Below are positions 23,487-37,138 of a stretch of 64,000 nucleotides of DNA, piece after piece. Numbering within the stretch: position 1 is the stretch's first letter; each line of letters opens with the position of its first letter. Both the position numbers and the translations under genes were made by a program. Origin of the DNA: Octopus sinensis (lineage: Eukaryota); assembly GCF_006345805.1 (NCBI RefSeq), contig NC_043023.1:806001-870000 (forward strand). The letters are read 5' to 3'. The notes under the pieces were generated by a model. It saw only the letters and a list, made by a program, of their open reading frames with translations. It ran no database searches and had not been told where the DNA came from.

Positions 23487-24896
23487 CTACATGTACATAC
23501 ACATGCACATATAACACCCACATACACATAATATACAGACATGTACATACATACACACACACATACACATGTACACACACATACATACATACACATATGA
23601 ACAACATATACATACACACTCTCATACACATGCACAACAACATACACACACATACAATACCACACCCCACCGCTACCACACATTACCATCATGTCACACC
23701 ACACTTTACAAAACACCAGCTGAATTGTGGCCCCTAAATTGTGTCAAACCCCATTTTTTTTCTCCCATGATTAGTTTAGCAAGACCAAGGCCCCATCGTC
23801 CCGTCCATCTGTCTTAGCGTTGGCCAACCCCAACACCCACGCCAAAAATGCAAAACCAGAAAAAAAGTAAAAAAACAGGAACCCATCTCCACCCGCAAGA
23901 AAAGAACCACAAACCAACCAACAAGCAAATAAATAAATAATTATATAAATAAATAAATAAATGAATAAATAAGGGTGTGTGTGTGTGTGTGTGTGTCCCA
24001 GATAATGTTTAAATAATTGCCGCCGTCAAAGGGACGTCTGAGGAATGAACTGGCTTATTGGAAGCGAATGTTATTTAGGAATGACTTCTGCTAGGCAGTG
24101 TCTTTGATTAATGTGAAGACATTTTCTTTCTTTCCATATAATTCACCTCATTTTTTACATCTCCCCCCCACTCCATCCTCTCTTTCTCTCTGTCTGTCTC
24201 GCTCCGTGTCTCTGTCAGTCTTTTTCTTTCCTCTCTCTCTCTTTCTTTCTTTCTTTCATTCTTTCTCTCTTTGTTGCTCTTGTTCTCCCTTTGATTTCTT
24301 CTCTCCTTTCTCTATTCCTCTCTCCCATTTCTGCTCTCCTCCCCATCTCTATCCATCTGTCTCTTTCTCTCTCTTTGTCTTACTCTCTCTCTCTACCCCT
24401 TTCTCTCTGATTGCCTCTTCATCTTACTGCTTGGTTTTCTTTCTTTCTTTCTCTCTTTGTTTCAATGTCTGTCTGTCTGTCTCTGTCTAACTGTCTGTCT
24501 CTCTCTCTCTGTTCTGGCACAGTCTCTCTCTCTCACTCTCTCTTCATCAAGCTCTCTTTCTCTTTCTCTCCCTTACCCCCACACTTTCTGTCTGTCTCTC
24601 TCTCTGACTCATGTTGCTCTCTCTATCCCTCTCTCTGTCTCTTTCTCCCCATTCTTTGTTTATGTGTATCTCTGTTTCTCTCTTTCTCTTTTTCAGTTTC
24701 TATCTCTCATTTCCTCATACCTTACATACATAAACACCCACATAAATACATACACACACACACACATAAATACATACACACACACACACATAAATACATA
24801 CAGACACACACACACATAAATACACACACACACACACACATAAATACATACATACACACACACATACATACATACATACACACATACATATATACA

Positions 24897-25186
24897 TTCT
24901 TTTATTCTTTTATTTGTTTCAGTCATTTAACTGTGGCCATGCTGGAGCACTGCCTTAAGAGGTTTTTCTTTCAGTCAAAGGAATTGAGCCTAGGACTTAT
25001 CTTTTGTTAGCCTAGTACTTATTCTATCAATCTCTTTTGCCAAACCGCTAAGTTACGGGAAAGTAAATACACCAATATCAGTTGTCAAGCAATAGTTGGA
25101 AACAAACACACACGCACACAAACACACACAACCACACACACACACACACAAACACACACAATCACAAACACACACAAGCATACATG

Positions 25187-25218
<32 letters not shown>

Positions 25219-25370
25219 CATATATATACGACGGGCTTCTTTCAGTTTCCATCTACCAAATCCACTCACAAGGCTTTGGTCAGCCCGAGGCTATAGTAGA
25301 AGACACTTGCCCAAGGTGCCACGCAGTGGGACTGAACCCGGAACCATGTGGCTGGGTAGCAAACTTCTTA
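24897..25370 (-). mobile_element. SINE family A
   Basis: Tail to head. The head is split by the SINE B insertion. Confidence 0.85.
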
Positions 25371-25592
25371 TTTCTTTATTGCCCACAAGGGGCTAAACAT
25401 AGAGGGGACAAACAAGAACAGACAAATGGATTAAATTGATTACATTGACGCCTATGCATAACTGATACTTAATTTATTGACCCTGAAAGGATGAAAGGCA
25501 TAGTCGACCTTGGCGGAATTTGAACTCAGAACACAACGGCAGACGAAATACCGCTAAGCATTTCGCCCGGCGTGCTAATGATTCTGCCAGCT
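25365..25592 (-). mobile_element. SINE family B nested in the SINE A head
   Basis: Nin/Deu-like domain. Direct repeat cttctta at 25364 and 25591. Tail ends gccccttgtgggcaataaagaaataag. Confidence 0.8.
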
Positions 25593-26992
25593 TCTTACCA
25601 CATAACAATCTCTGCCTTAGTTTCTTCTTTCGTTCTGTTTATGCCTGTTTCTCTCTCCCTCTTTCACTCATTCCCTCTCTCACTCTTTCTCTCATATCCT
25701 ATGTCTTTTGTGTCTCTCTGTCTCTTTATTTTAGAGCCTGTATCTTTCTATTCCTCTCTAAAACATGTACACACTCTACCTCTGTTTCTCTTTCCACTCT
25801 CTTTCTCTTTCTCTCTTTCTCTCCACTCTCCCTCCTCTCACTCTCCCCTCTCCACTCTCCCTCCCTCTCCACTCTCCCTCCCTCTCCACTCTCTCTCCCT
25901 CTCCTCTCCACTCTCTCTCCCTCTCCACTCTCTCCCCCTCTCCACTCTCCCTCCCTCTCCATTCTCTCTCCCTCTCCACTCTCTCTCCCTCCCTCTCCCT
26001 CTCCACTCTCCCCTCTCCCTATTGTTTCTCTCTCTCTTCTCACACAATCTCTCTTCATCTCTTGCCCTTTTTAATAATTCCTGTGTCAAATTTTGAGTCT
26101 GTCCCTCTTTTTTCTTCCTTCACACACACACATACACACTCTATCTCACACACACACACACACTATTTATTCATTCTCTCTCATACACATTCTTTAACAT
26201 GCAGTCTTTCTCTCTCACTCCCTCTCTCTCTCTCTCTCCTCTTTCTCTCACTCTCTCCCTGTCTCTATCTCTTATAATCTATCTTCCACACTGTCTATCT
26301 CTCTCACTCTTTCTCTCTCTCCCCCTTTTTCTCACACACACATACAAGCTTTCTGTCTGTCTCTCTCTCTATCTTTCACCCACACTCTCTTTCTCTTTCC
26401 CCCATCCCTTCCACATCACAGACCTCAGAGCTAAAATAAAACAGACCTGCTGAAGGTGCTAGGCAGTGGGACTGAACCTGAAGCCATCCAGTTTCAAAAT
26501 GAACTCCTTAACTAGATAACAATACCCGCTTTGTCATATTTCAGTCAAAAAGGATGTAGGTAAGGAGGCTGAGGGGTAGATTTTTCCATGAGTTTCGTGA
26601 ACTTTATTAAAACTTAATAAACAAAGAAGTGAGATGGAACTCCACTCATGCCCACCTCAAACAAAAACAAATTTTAAATATCGTTATAAGAAAAATTAAT
26701 TAAAGATGTAATTGCATTCTCTATAAAACAGGCCTAAGAAAAATAGTTTTTCCTACTTTATACACACACACACATACACACACACATACACACACCCATA
26801 TATACGTATGTATAAATATAAATATAAATATATATATATATATACACAGATATATGAATGCATACACATATATACATTATATATATATATATATATATTT
26901 ATTTATTTATATGTATATATATATATATATATATATTTATTTATTTATATGTATATATATATATGTATATATATATTTATATATATATATAT

Positions 26993-27705
26993 AGGTGCAG
27001 GAGTGGCTGTGTGATAAGTAGCTTGCTTACCAGCCACCTGGTTCCGGGTTCAGTCCCACTGCATGACACCTTGGGCAAGTGTCTTCTACTATAGCCTCAG
27101 GCCAACCAAAGCCTTGTGAGTGGATTTGGTAGACAGAAACTGAAAGAAGCCCATTGTATATATGTATAAGTATCGGTCTTAACAAAAAACAAAAAAAAAG
27201 AATACTGGAATCGATTCATTTGACTAAATATTCTCCCCACAGTGGTGCTCCAGCATGGCCACAGTTTAATGGCTGAAACGATTAGAAGATAAAAGCTATA
27301 CAACAAAGCAAAAGAAATAATCTTGTAGGCTGTCAAGAAGATAGAAATGAATTTTTAAAATGTTTGGCTATGTGGTAAGAAACTTACTTCCCAACTACAT
27401 GGTTCTAGGTTCAGTCCCACTGTGTGGCGCCTTGGACTAACCAAAGCCTTGTGAGTTGATTTAGTGGACAGATATTGAAAAAAACATGTCATATGGGTAT
27501 GTGTGTGTGTGTGTGTGTCTGCATTTGTCCTTCATCACTTGACAACCGGTATTGGTGTGTTTACATCCCTGTAACTTGGTCAATAGCATAAGTACCAGCT
27601 TTAATAATAAAAAAATAAGTCCCGCGATCGATTCATTTGACTAAAAATTCTTCAAGGTGATGCCCCAGAATGGCCATAGCCTGATGACTGAAACAAGGGA
27701 AGCAT
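26993..27705 (+). mobile_element. Two adjacent SINE A copies with internal deletions
   Basis: Heads at 26993 and about 27360, tails at about 27300 and 27700. Confidence 0.8.
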
Positions 27706-27899
27706 AAAATATGATTCTTTGCTGCTTGGTTCCAAAGAACCACAGCCTTATTTCGTTCATTCCACCCTTCATTCTTTCATTCCCCCTCTCTCACATTTTC
27801 TTGCCTTCTCTTCTTGCTCACTTTCCCTCCTCTTTTCCCTTCACTGTGTCTTACCTCTCCTTATTTCTTCTGTTCCTCTGCCTCTACCTCTCTCTCTTG

Positions 27900-28340
27900 T
27901 CTCCCCACATGACTGGTGTTCAGCCAAGCCTGACCTTTCTTTCTTGGTTCGACTACCATCCATGCAACATCAATATTCCTCCCTGTGCCTGTTAAATCTT
28001 ATGTCCCTGCCATAAGGTTTTACTTCCACACACGCCAGCTTAATTTAATTCGTCCTTAGTCGAAAGACACCTGTTGTTAAAGTCCTGTTATTTGTATTTG
28101 TGTAACTTTCTCCGTTTTTTTCTGTCCTTGTTTTTGTATACATTCGCTGCTTTCTTCCAAGGAATCTAATGCTCTTAGCTTAGTTTTTCCTTGGGGCTGG
28201 CCAGATTAGAGCAATCTCAAGTATAACCAGCCGAAATTGCAATGCTAATCTGGAACTTGACTGAGGACAGAAAACTCCGAATGTCTCATCCTTGTTTTCT
28301 TTGTATCATCTATCTGGATGTTTTGTTGTCCCTTTCTTGT
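27900..28340 (+). mobile_element. Probable Penelope-like terminal repeat with decayed hammerhead (28257-28288)
   Basis: ttga-CTGAGGA-cagaaaactcc-GAA-tg-TC-tca. Helix II and GAAA are damaged. Confidence 0.35.
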
Positions 28341-28723
28341 GGAAGCACTCCGTCGGTTACGACGACAAGGGTTCTGGTTGATCCGAATCAACGGAACAGC
28401 CTGCTCGTAAAATTAACGTGTAAGTGGCTGAGCACTCCACAAACACGTGTACCCTTAACGTAGTTCTTGGGGATATTCAGCGTGACACAGAGAGTGACAA
28501 GGCCGGCCCTTTGAAATACAGGTACAACAGAAACAGGAAGTAAGAGTGAGAGAAAGTTGTGGTGAAAGAGTACAGCAGGGATCACCACCATCCCTGCCGG
28601 AGCCTCATGGAGCTTTAGGTGTTTTCGCTCAATAAACACTCACAACGCCCGGTCTGGGAATCGAAACCGCGATCCTACGACTGCGAGTCCGCTGCCCTAA
28701 CCACTGGGCCATTGTGCCTCCAC
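28341..28723 (-). mobile_element. SINE family C, tail type 2, with 11-bp TSD
   Basis: TSD ccctttcttgt at 28330-28340 and 28724-28734. Tail ctacgttaagggtacacgtg..gagcaggctgttccgttg..cgacggagtgc. Confidence 0.9.
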
Positions 28724-28944
28724 CCCTTTCTTGTATCACTTAACTGTCTGGATGTTTTGTGTTCTTATCCCATTTTATATATATATATATAAAAGAATGA
28801 GTAAATATTCAAAATGAATACTCGTAAAGATGTTATTATTGTAGCTATTATCAGCATCAAATCTGTATTATTGATAATAACAATAACGTTAGTGGCAGCA
28901 AGCGATATTGGCATTAAACAGCTATACAATGAATTCCTAATTAT

Positions 28945-29140
28945 ATTAGAGGGTGCAGGTGGCATGTAAAAAGCACCCCTACTACATTCTTGCAGTGGTT
29001 GGCATTAGGAAGGGCATCCAGCTGTAGAAACTTTGCCAGATTAGATCGGAGCCTGGTGCAGCCTTCTGACTTGCCAGTCCTCAGTCAAACCATCCAACCC
29101 ATGCCAGCATGAAAAATGGACATTAGAGGAGGTTGATGAT
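28945..29140 (+). mobile_element. RTE 3' UTR end
   Basis: ggttggcattaggaagggcatccagctgtagaaac. Confidence 0.8.
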
Positions 29141-29466
29141 GATGGTACACAAAATACCAGCTTGCTAGAGAGTGGAAGTAAAAACCTCCAGCTTAACCAC
29201 CAATCTTCGTGAAAATATGCAATGGATCAACAGAAATCAGGCAAATGAGTGGAATTTAACATATTTTCTTAGCTAAAAAGCTGTAGAATAAGATAACAGA
29301 TTTACCTGGATCATGATTTTGAACTCTGGCTAGAGCTTCAATCCTCCTCAGCAGGTCTTATAATTCAAGTGCCCTCGCCAAAGCCCGCTAAAATTCACGG
29401 AAACAGATACTACATCAAAAATTAGATGCAGTATAATTACAATCAACTAATAAGGGTGAGAAAATT

Positions 29467-29536
29467 GGATACTAATTTAATAGTACCATCAATTTAACAC
29501 CGGATACTAATTTAATAGTACCATCAATTTAACACC
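29467..29536. repeat. Exact 35-bp tandem duplication
   Basis: ggatactaatttaatagtaccatcaatttaacacc x2. Confidence 0.95.
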
Positions 29537-29980
29537 AAGTGGCTTAGTGCATGAAAACCCAGAATACAATAAATTTTATATGTAAATATAAGAGAGTGAG
29601 CGTTATTAATAATAATATGAATGATGATATTGGTAGCATTAGTGGTAATGACAATGATAATGATGCTAACATTAATGACATTTTGGAAATTATTAAGAAT
29701 TAATATAATGTACTCTTGACTCTGTATATCTGCATTTAGGTATTAATATATGTATATTTTTCTACATTGTATTTATCACAATATCAAGTTGAAAAACTAT
29801 AACATTGGATGTGGAACATATGTATGTTTATTGATTTATATTATTTATATTATTATGTATATGTATATTTATATGTATAGGAGTATGAGTATATGCACTC
29901 ATATGTATATGTATATGTTTTATTATGGGTATGTACCCACACCTATATAAGTGTGTATGTAATCTGATTTGTATCACATA

Positions 29981-30107
29981 ATCTCCGAAGAGGCCTTAGG
30001 ATATTTTTGTAAATGTCTCATTTATAACTACATATTGACCTACCATAAATGGCTAATATAAGTAAAATGAGACATACTTATCTGCATGGCCGAAACAGCT
30101 GTAAGAT
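29981..30107 (+). ncRNA. Type-I hammerhead-like motif with a long structured helix II insertion
   Basis: atct-CCGAAGA-ggcc[92 nt]ggcc-GAAA-cagctg-TA-agat. Helix III ACAGCTGT is palindromic. The insert contains an 11-bp helix atgtctcattt/aaatgagacat. Confidence 0.6.
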
Positions 30108-30321
30108 GTAGTCTATATTTATATTTATATTTACTTATATTTATATTCTCTTATACATATTGTACTTATTGTATAACATTACTCCTTTATGTACACTGTT
30201 ATGTTCTACATTATTATGTTTGACCTTAAAGTTTCTTATATGGTGATTTAATAAAGTATGTGATTGGGTATTATCTGGTAATTGATATTTGATTTGGATG
30301 TATTTCTCCAATTTCTTATTT

Positions 30322-30350
<29 letters not shown>

Positions 30351-30352
<2 letters not shown>

Positions 30353-30755
30353 GCACAGGAGTGGCTGTGTGGTAAGTAGCTTGCTTACTAACCACATGGT
30401 TCCGGGTTCAGTCCAACTGTGTGGCACCTTAGACAAGTATCTTCTGCTGTAACCTTTAACTGACCAAAGCCTTGTGAGTGGATTTGGTAGACGGAAACTC
30501 AAAGAAGCCCGTCGTATCTATATATGTGTGTGAGTGTGTGTGTGTGTGCGTGTGTTTGCACCTGTGTTTGTCCCTCCAACATCGCTTGACAACCAATGCT
30601 GGTGTGTTTACATCCCCATAACTTAGAGGTTCGGCAAAAGAGACTAATAGAATAAGTGCTAGACTTACAAAGAATAAGTCCTGGGGTTGATTTGCTCGAC
30701 TAAAGATGGTGCTCCAGCATGGCCAAGGTTAAATGACTGAAATGACTAAAAAAAA
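30351..30755 (+). mobile_element. SINE family A, full length
   Basis: Head, core and tail. Confidence 0.85.
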
Positions 30756-31010
30756 TATAATAATATATATATTACAGTGAGAGTTAGAGGTTGGGAAACC
30801 AACCAACTAAGGGATAGTACCTATCCAATATACTACTGGTAGTGTGCCCAATTATTCATACCCAAGTGCTGGTTATTGCGTGGCAGTTGTGCAATTATTC
30901 CCTTTTTGTTTTGGAATAAATAGGCATAATAGAATGTCTACTGGCTGATGTATGTCATTTTTGTATCCCCTCCATTTTCTTTTTGCTGTATATATATATA
31001 TATATATGTA

Positions 31011-31034
<24 letters not shown>

Positions 31035-31042
<8 letters not shown>

Positions 31043-31808
31043 TCAATATAGGGTGGCAAAAAAAATTTTTTAGAATTTTTTTGCCACCAGCGGCCTAGTG
31101 GGAAAAAATTAAATAGTCATAGACCATTTTTAAGTTCAACATCAACAATCAAGGAACGGCCATAATAGGCCATTCACCCACTAGAAATAACAGCCAAAGC
31201 TTCAACCGCAAATAAAAGTCAATTCCGTAAAGAGGAGAAAATTTAAAAAACATTTACCCTGTAATTTCTTATACGATGCACCGTTTCGTCTGCTGTTTAA
31301 TGGTAAACTAACCTGATTAAATTAAATCAAGCCAATCTTCCATAGGCCCTCAGATTCATCAGTAAGAAATAGCCACAAAAATTCTAAAAAATTTTTTTTG
31401 CCACCCTATATTGATTAATTATGAATTTTCTGGTTAATTCCGTAATGGAATCGACGGCTTATATTTATTTGCTGCCGATAAATTTGGCGCGAGTGCGATG
31501 ATTTGAAAATTTTAGGTCAGATATTACCTTGGCAGGGTCGGAGATGCCTCGTGAAAATATCTGTTCCGACTTGTGGCTATTTCTTACTGATGAATCTGAG
31601 GGCCTATGGAAGATTGGCTTGATTTAATTTAATCAGGTTAGTTTACCATTAAACAGCAGACGAAACGGTGCATCGTATAAGAAATTACAGGGTAAATGTT
31701 TTTAAAATTTTCTCCTGTTTACGGAATTGACTTTTATTTGCGGTTGAAGCTTTGGCTGTTATTTCTAGTGGGTGAATGGCCTATTATGGCCGTTCCTTGA
31801 TTGTTGAT
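31035..31808. repeat. Interleaved double inverted repeat
   Basis: A 31035-31081 / A' 31377-31422 and B 31141-31378 / B' 31571-31808 (about 2 differences). Confidence 0.9.
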
Positions 31809-31834
31809 ATATATATATATATATATTTATATAT

Positions 31835-32010
31835 CATCATCGTTTAACGTCCGCTTTCCATGCTGGTATGGGTTGGACGATTTTGACTGGGGGCTGGTGA
31901 ACCAGATGGCTGCACCAGGCTCCAGTCTTGATTTGGCAGTGTTTCTCCAGCTGGATGCCCTTCTAACGCCAACCACTCCGTGAGTGTAGTGGGTGCTTTT
32001 TACGTGCCAC
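31835..32010 (-). mobile_element. RTE 3' UTR end
   Basis: catcatcgtttaacgtccgctttccatgc..ggatgcccttctaacgccaacc. Confidence 0.85.
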
Positions 32011-32100
32011 AGTAATTCCTTGACTATTGTGGGTGTTACATTCCAAAACCCCCCATGATATATGAAAATCTGAAAAGTAGAAACAGTACTGTACTGTACT
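32009..32100 (+). mobile_element. Possible pogo/Tigger-like MITE end
   Basis: cagtaattccttgactattgtgggtgttacattccaaaacccccc resembles Tigger-type termini. No partner TIR found. Confidence 0.3.
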
Positions 32101-32367
32101 GCATATATTTTTTTATTATTATTTTTATAATTTGTATATATTTATTTCATTATAAATGCAAAACAACACCATGGAGGAATCGACATAAGCTTAAATAATA
32201 AATCGCAATTTCAGGCCTTGTGCATAGGCATGATTATTATTATCATTGTCGTCATCATCGTCATCATCATCATCATCGTCGTCGTTGTCGTCGTCGTTGT
32301 CGTCGTCGTCGTCGTTGTCGTCGTCGTTGTCGTCGTCATCGTCGTTGTCGTCGTCGTCATCATCATT

Positions 32368-32725
32368 AAAGCAGTGAGCTGGCAGAAATGTTAGTCTATG
32401 GGACAAATGCTTAGTGGTATTTCGCCTGTCGCTACGTTCTGAGTTTCAATTCTGCCAAGGTTGACTTTGCCTTTCATCCTTTCAGAGTCGGTAAAATAAG
32501 TACCAGTTACGCGCTGGGGCTGATGTAATGGATTAGTCCCTTATGCCAAACAAAATGCCTAGTGACTTTTCATTTATCTTTACATTCTGGGTTCAAATTC
32601 CACCCAAGTTGACTTTGTCTGTTATCATTTCAGGGTTCATAAATTACATACCAGTCACGTACTGGGGTCAATGTAATCGACTAGTCCCCTCCCTCAGAAT
32701 TACCAGGCCTTGTGCCCTTAGTAGG
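32368..32725 (+). mobile_element. Two tandem SINE B copies (tail type 2)
   Basis: gactttgcctttcatcctttcagagtcggtaaaataagtaccag, repeated at about 32605. Tail ccctccctcagaattaccaggccttgtgcc. Confidence 0.8.
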
Positions 32726-32880
32726 AAGAATCATCATCACCATCATTGCTGGTGTTGATGTAGTTTTTGTTCTTTGAATATTTATTATTGTTGTTATTAC
32801 AATTTTTTATCGTTGTTCTTGCTGTTGTCATCATCATTGGTCTCCTTTTGTTATTGTTAGTGTTGTTGTCTTCTTCTTAT

Positions 32881-33509
32881 TCCAATCAGGACTCATGCCA
32901 TTAACCACAAAGGATAATCTCTAATTTGAGCCTATTCTAAGCTACTAAGAATCCATGTGGCAACTTGAAGATCCACCCACCATATGCGATAGACTGGCGG
33001 TTGCACAGGCGCGAAAGCTACGTAGTTATCCTCATTCCATAAATAGTGGCTTTAAACGGGTGGAGAGCTGAACCATCCTGGGGTACAGAGGATTCGCAAT
33101 CTAGACTAGGGTCTGAAAGTTTACCACACCATAGGGGGTTACACTATGGTTCCTCTGCTTTGTGGCAGAAATAGGAAGAAAGAGTGACAGAAAGTTGTGG
33201 TGAAAGAGTACAGCGGGGTTCAAAACCCACCCACCCCTGCTGGAGCCTCGTGGAGCTTAGGTGTTTTTGCTCAATAAACACTCACAATACCCGGTCTGGG
33301 AATTGAAACCGTGTGGTAGAAGTAGGGAGAAAGAGTGAGAGAAAGTTGTGGTGAAAGAGTACAGCGGGGTTCATCATCACTCCCTGCCAGAGCCTTGTGG
33401 AGCTTAGGTGTTTTTGCTCAATAAACACTCACATGCCCAGTCTGGGAATCGAAACTGCGTTCTTACGACCGCGAGTGTGCTGCCTTAACCACTGGGCCAT
33501 TGCGCCTCC
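32881..33509 (-). mobile_element. SINE family C with duplicated body, tail type 4
   Basis: Body repeated at 33170-33310 and 33322-33509. About 290-bp unrelated tail ending atggcatgagtcctgattgga. Confidence 0.75.
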
Positions 33510-33519
33510 ACTGCTGTTG

Positions 33520-34473
33520 TTGTTCTTGCTGTGCTTGTCATCAAAGCTTCTGTTGTTGTTATTGTCATTGCTGTTATTGTATCGCTATTGTGGTTGTTGT
33601 TGTTGTTTTGCCATGAAGGCGATGCCCCAGCATGGCCGCAGTCTAATGACTGAAACAAGTAAAAGATTAAAAGATAATCTTGTTCTTGTTGTAGACAGCA
33701 GTTTTCTGATATTTGTTGTTGTCATTATTATTCTTGTTATTACTGTTGTTGTTGATGAAATGCTTAGAATATTTGTACTTCTCATCGCCATTGTTGTTGT
33801 TGTTGTTGTTTTATTGTCATCAATATGGCTGTTATTCATTCACAGTATTGTCATCAAATGTTGCTCTTGTGCTTGTTGTTGTTGTTGTGATTCGTGACCT
33901 TAACGTTGTTGGTGTTGTTGTTGTAGTATTTGTTTTTGTTTATGTAACTATTGTTTTTTTCCTGTTATTGTCATTATTGCTGCTGCTGCTGTTGTTGTTG
34001 TTGTTGTTGTTGTTGTCATATTCTTTCAGTTGTGTTCCTTGTTGTCGATGTTGTTGCTGTTACTGTCGCTAATATAATTATTAGCGCTGCCAAAATAATA
34101 ATAATAATGATGATGATGGAATGATGACGACGACGATGATTATGATAATAATAATAATAATAATGAGGATAATGCTACTAATGATAATGATGATGTCTTT
34201 TATTTGCCACCAGGGTGATGGATGAGGGGAACAATACAAAGACAAAGAATTAATAAAACCATTATTATTATTATTATTTATATTACAATTATTATTATTA
34301 TTATTGTTATTATTTTTATATTATTTATATTATTATTATTATTACATTATTATTATTTTTATATTATTATTATTATTATCATTTTTATATTATTATTATT
34401 ATTATTTATATTATTATTATTATTATATATTATTTTTATATTATTTATATTATTATTATTATTATTAATTTTA

Positions 34474-34507
<34 letters not shown>

Positions 34508-34545
34508 TTATTATTATTTTATTATTATTATTATTATTATTTTTA

Positions 34546-34582
<37 letters not shown>

Positions 34583-34963
34583 TTTATATTATTATTATTA
34601 TTATATTATTATTATATCATTATTATTATTATTATTTTTACTGAGTGAGAGAGCATTGTATGCCATTATTATTATTATTATCATTATTATTAATGTAGTT
34701 GTCGTTGCTGTTGTAATCATTGTTGTTGTCATTAATGTCATTATTCTCGTTGTTGCTGTTGTTGTTGTCATTGTTGTTATTATTGTCCCATTTCGCCCTC
34801 CTTTCCCTATCTTTCTCCCCTTCATCTTTTACATAACACGCCCCCCCCCTCTCACACACACACACACACATAAACTGTAAACTGTCCTTGTAATTCCCAC
34901 CCCTCTCATCTGATGCCCCTCTGGCAAATAATAGAAAATCTTTATGAACACTACTATCACTGA

Positions 34964-35020
<57 letters not shown>

Positions 35021-35140
35021 CATCATTATTATTGTACTTGCTGCTGCTATTACTATTATTATTATTATTATTATTATAAATTATTGTTATTATTGTTTTT
35101 ATTATTATTTATATTATTATTATTATTATTATTCTTTTTA

Positions 35141-35190
<50 letters not shown>

Positions 35191-35191
35191 T

Positions 35192-35223
<32 letters not shown>

Positions 35224-35470
35224 TATTATTATTATTATTGCTGCTGCTTTTTGTTGTCTTTCGTATCCCACACAATATAAAGACCTCACTCTGTCCCCCA
35301 AACTCAACATTTTCTCTGATTTTTTTCTTCCTGGTATTCCACCACTCTTTTCCCCCCCCATTTCTCTTTCTTTTCCTAGCAATAAAAGAAATCACACCCA
35401 TTATTATTATTATCATCATTAACGCAATTATTATTATCCTTATTGTTATTATTATTATTATTGTTGAGGC
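33520..35470. repeat. (TTG)n/(TTA)n/(ATC)n microsatellite field
   Basis: Direct reading. Confidence 0.95.
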
Positions 35471-35685
35471 AGGGAACTGGCAGAATCGTTACAATATTGG
35501 TTAAAATGCTCCACAGCATTGCATTCCTTCCGTTTCTTTGCATGCTGAGTTTAAATACTGCCAGGAACAACTTTGCCATTCAGTCTTTTAGGGTTGATAA
35601 AATAAGTACCAGTGAAGTACTGGGGTTGATGCAATTGACTAGCCCCTACCCCCAAAACTGCAGGACTTGTGTCTTAATAGAAAGT

Positions 35686-35792
35686 AAATCTGTGGTATTG
35701 AGCAGAATATTTGATGTAGCCCATCTTTTATACCAAGACAGTTAAGATCAGAAGCAATGAGATCCACTGTCTGGTATTGAATCAGGGCATTT
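35686..35792. mobile_element. Terminal fragment of the AAT-embedded element (see 59221)
   Basis: aaatctgtggtattgagcagaatatttg..cagggcattttattatt. The other terminus gagtgagagagc occurs in (TTA)n at about 34643. Confidence 0.8.
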
Positions 35793-35814
35793 TATTATTA
35801 TCATTATTATTAAG

Positions 35815-36090
35815 CAAGGTCGTTGCCAGTGCTGCTGGACTGGCTCCTGTGCAGGTGGCACGTAAAAAACACCATTTGGGCGTAGCCATTGCCAGTACCA
35901 CCAAACTGGCCCTCGTGCCGGTGGCACATAAAAGAACCGACTACTCTCTCAGAGTAGTTGGCATTAAGAAGGGCATCCAGCTGTAAAATCTTGGCCAGAT
36001 CAGATTAGAGTCTGGTTCGTTAGACCTCTGTCAAATCGTCCAACCCATGCAAGCATGGAAAGTGGACGTTAAATGATGATGATGATGATT
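35815..36090 (+). mobile_element. RTE 3' UTR end
   Basis: Subrepeats plus agggcatccagctg..ggacgttaaatgatgatg. Confidence 0.8.
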
Positions 36091-36094
36091 TCTT

Positions 36095-36702
<608 letters not shown>

Positions 36703-36739
36703 GTAGTAGTAGTAGTAGTAGTAGTAGTAATGTTGTTGT

Positions 36740-37016
36740 TGTTTATTGAAAGGTGGGTGAAAGTTGCAAAAATGGCAAAAGTGGATGGCACCTCTAAGTG
36801 TAAACCTGTGAGTCGAAGAAAGGCAAGTGGAGAGGGCACTTGCTCTTGGTATTCAGAGAGATCCTGGATGGTAGGTTCCTTGATTATCCCTAGAGGTCCT
36901 CCTCCATCCGAAGGACAATATCTCTATCATTCCCCACCTTTTTTTTGTTAACCTATGCATATCATGTATATTTCCCTTCCTTTTTCGCTGTATATTATGT
37001 ACACTTACCCTTTTTC

Positions 37017-37051
<35 letters not shown>

Positions 37052-37138
37052 TCAATTCATTGCATGTAAAGCCCCACACGTTATGTCTGTTTTTTATTGT
37101 CTCCTTCATCTTTTGCCCTGGTGACAAATAAATAAAAT
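36740..37138 (+). mobile_element. L1/Tx1-like LINE 3' end
   Basis: FIERWVKVAKMAKVDGT resembles the WVNVARMARM terminus of the 46289-47052 element. Ends aataaataaaatca. Confidence 0.55.

Larger units (their letters stand above)
24130..26420. repeat. CT-rich polypyrimidine tracts with a ctctccctccctctccact-type minisatellite (about 25780-26020)
   Basis: Direct reading. Interrupted by SINEs at 24897-25600. Confidence 0.85.

Noticed and set aside
27680-27700. ctgatgactgaaac in a SINE A tail
   Set aside because: No room for helix II. A chance variant of the tail motif aatgactgaaac.
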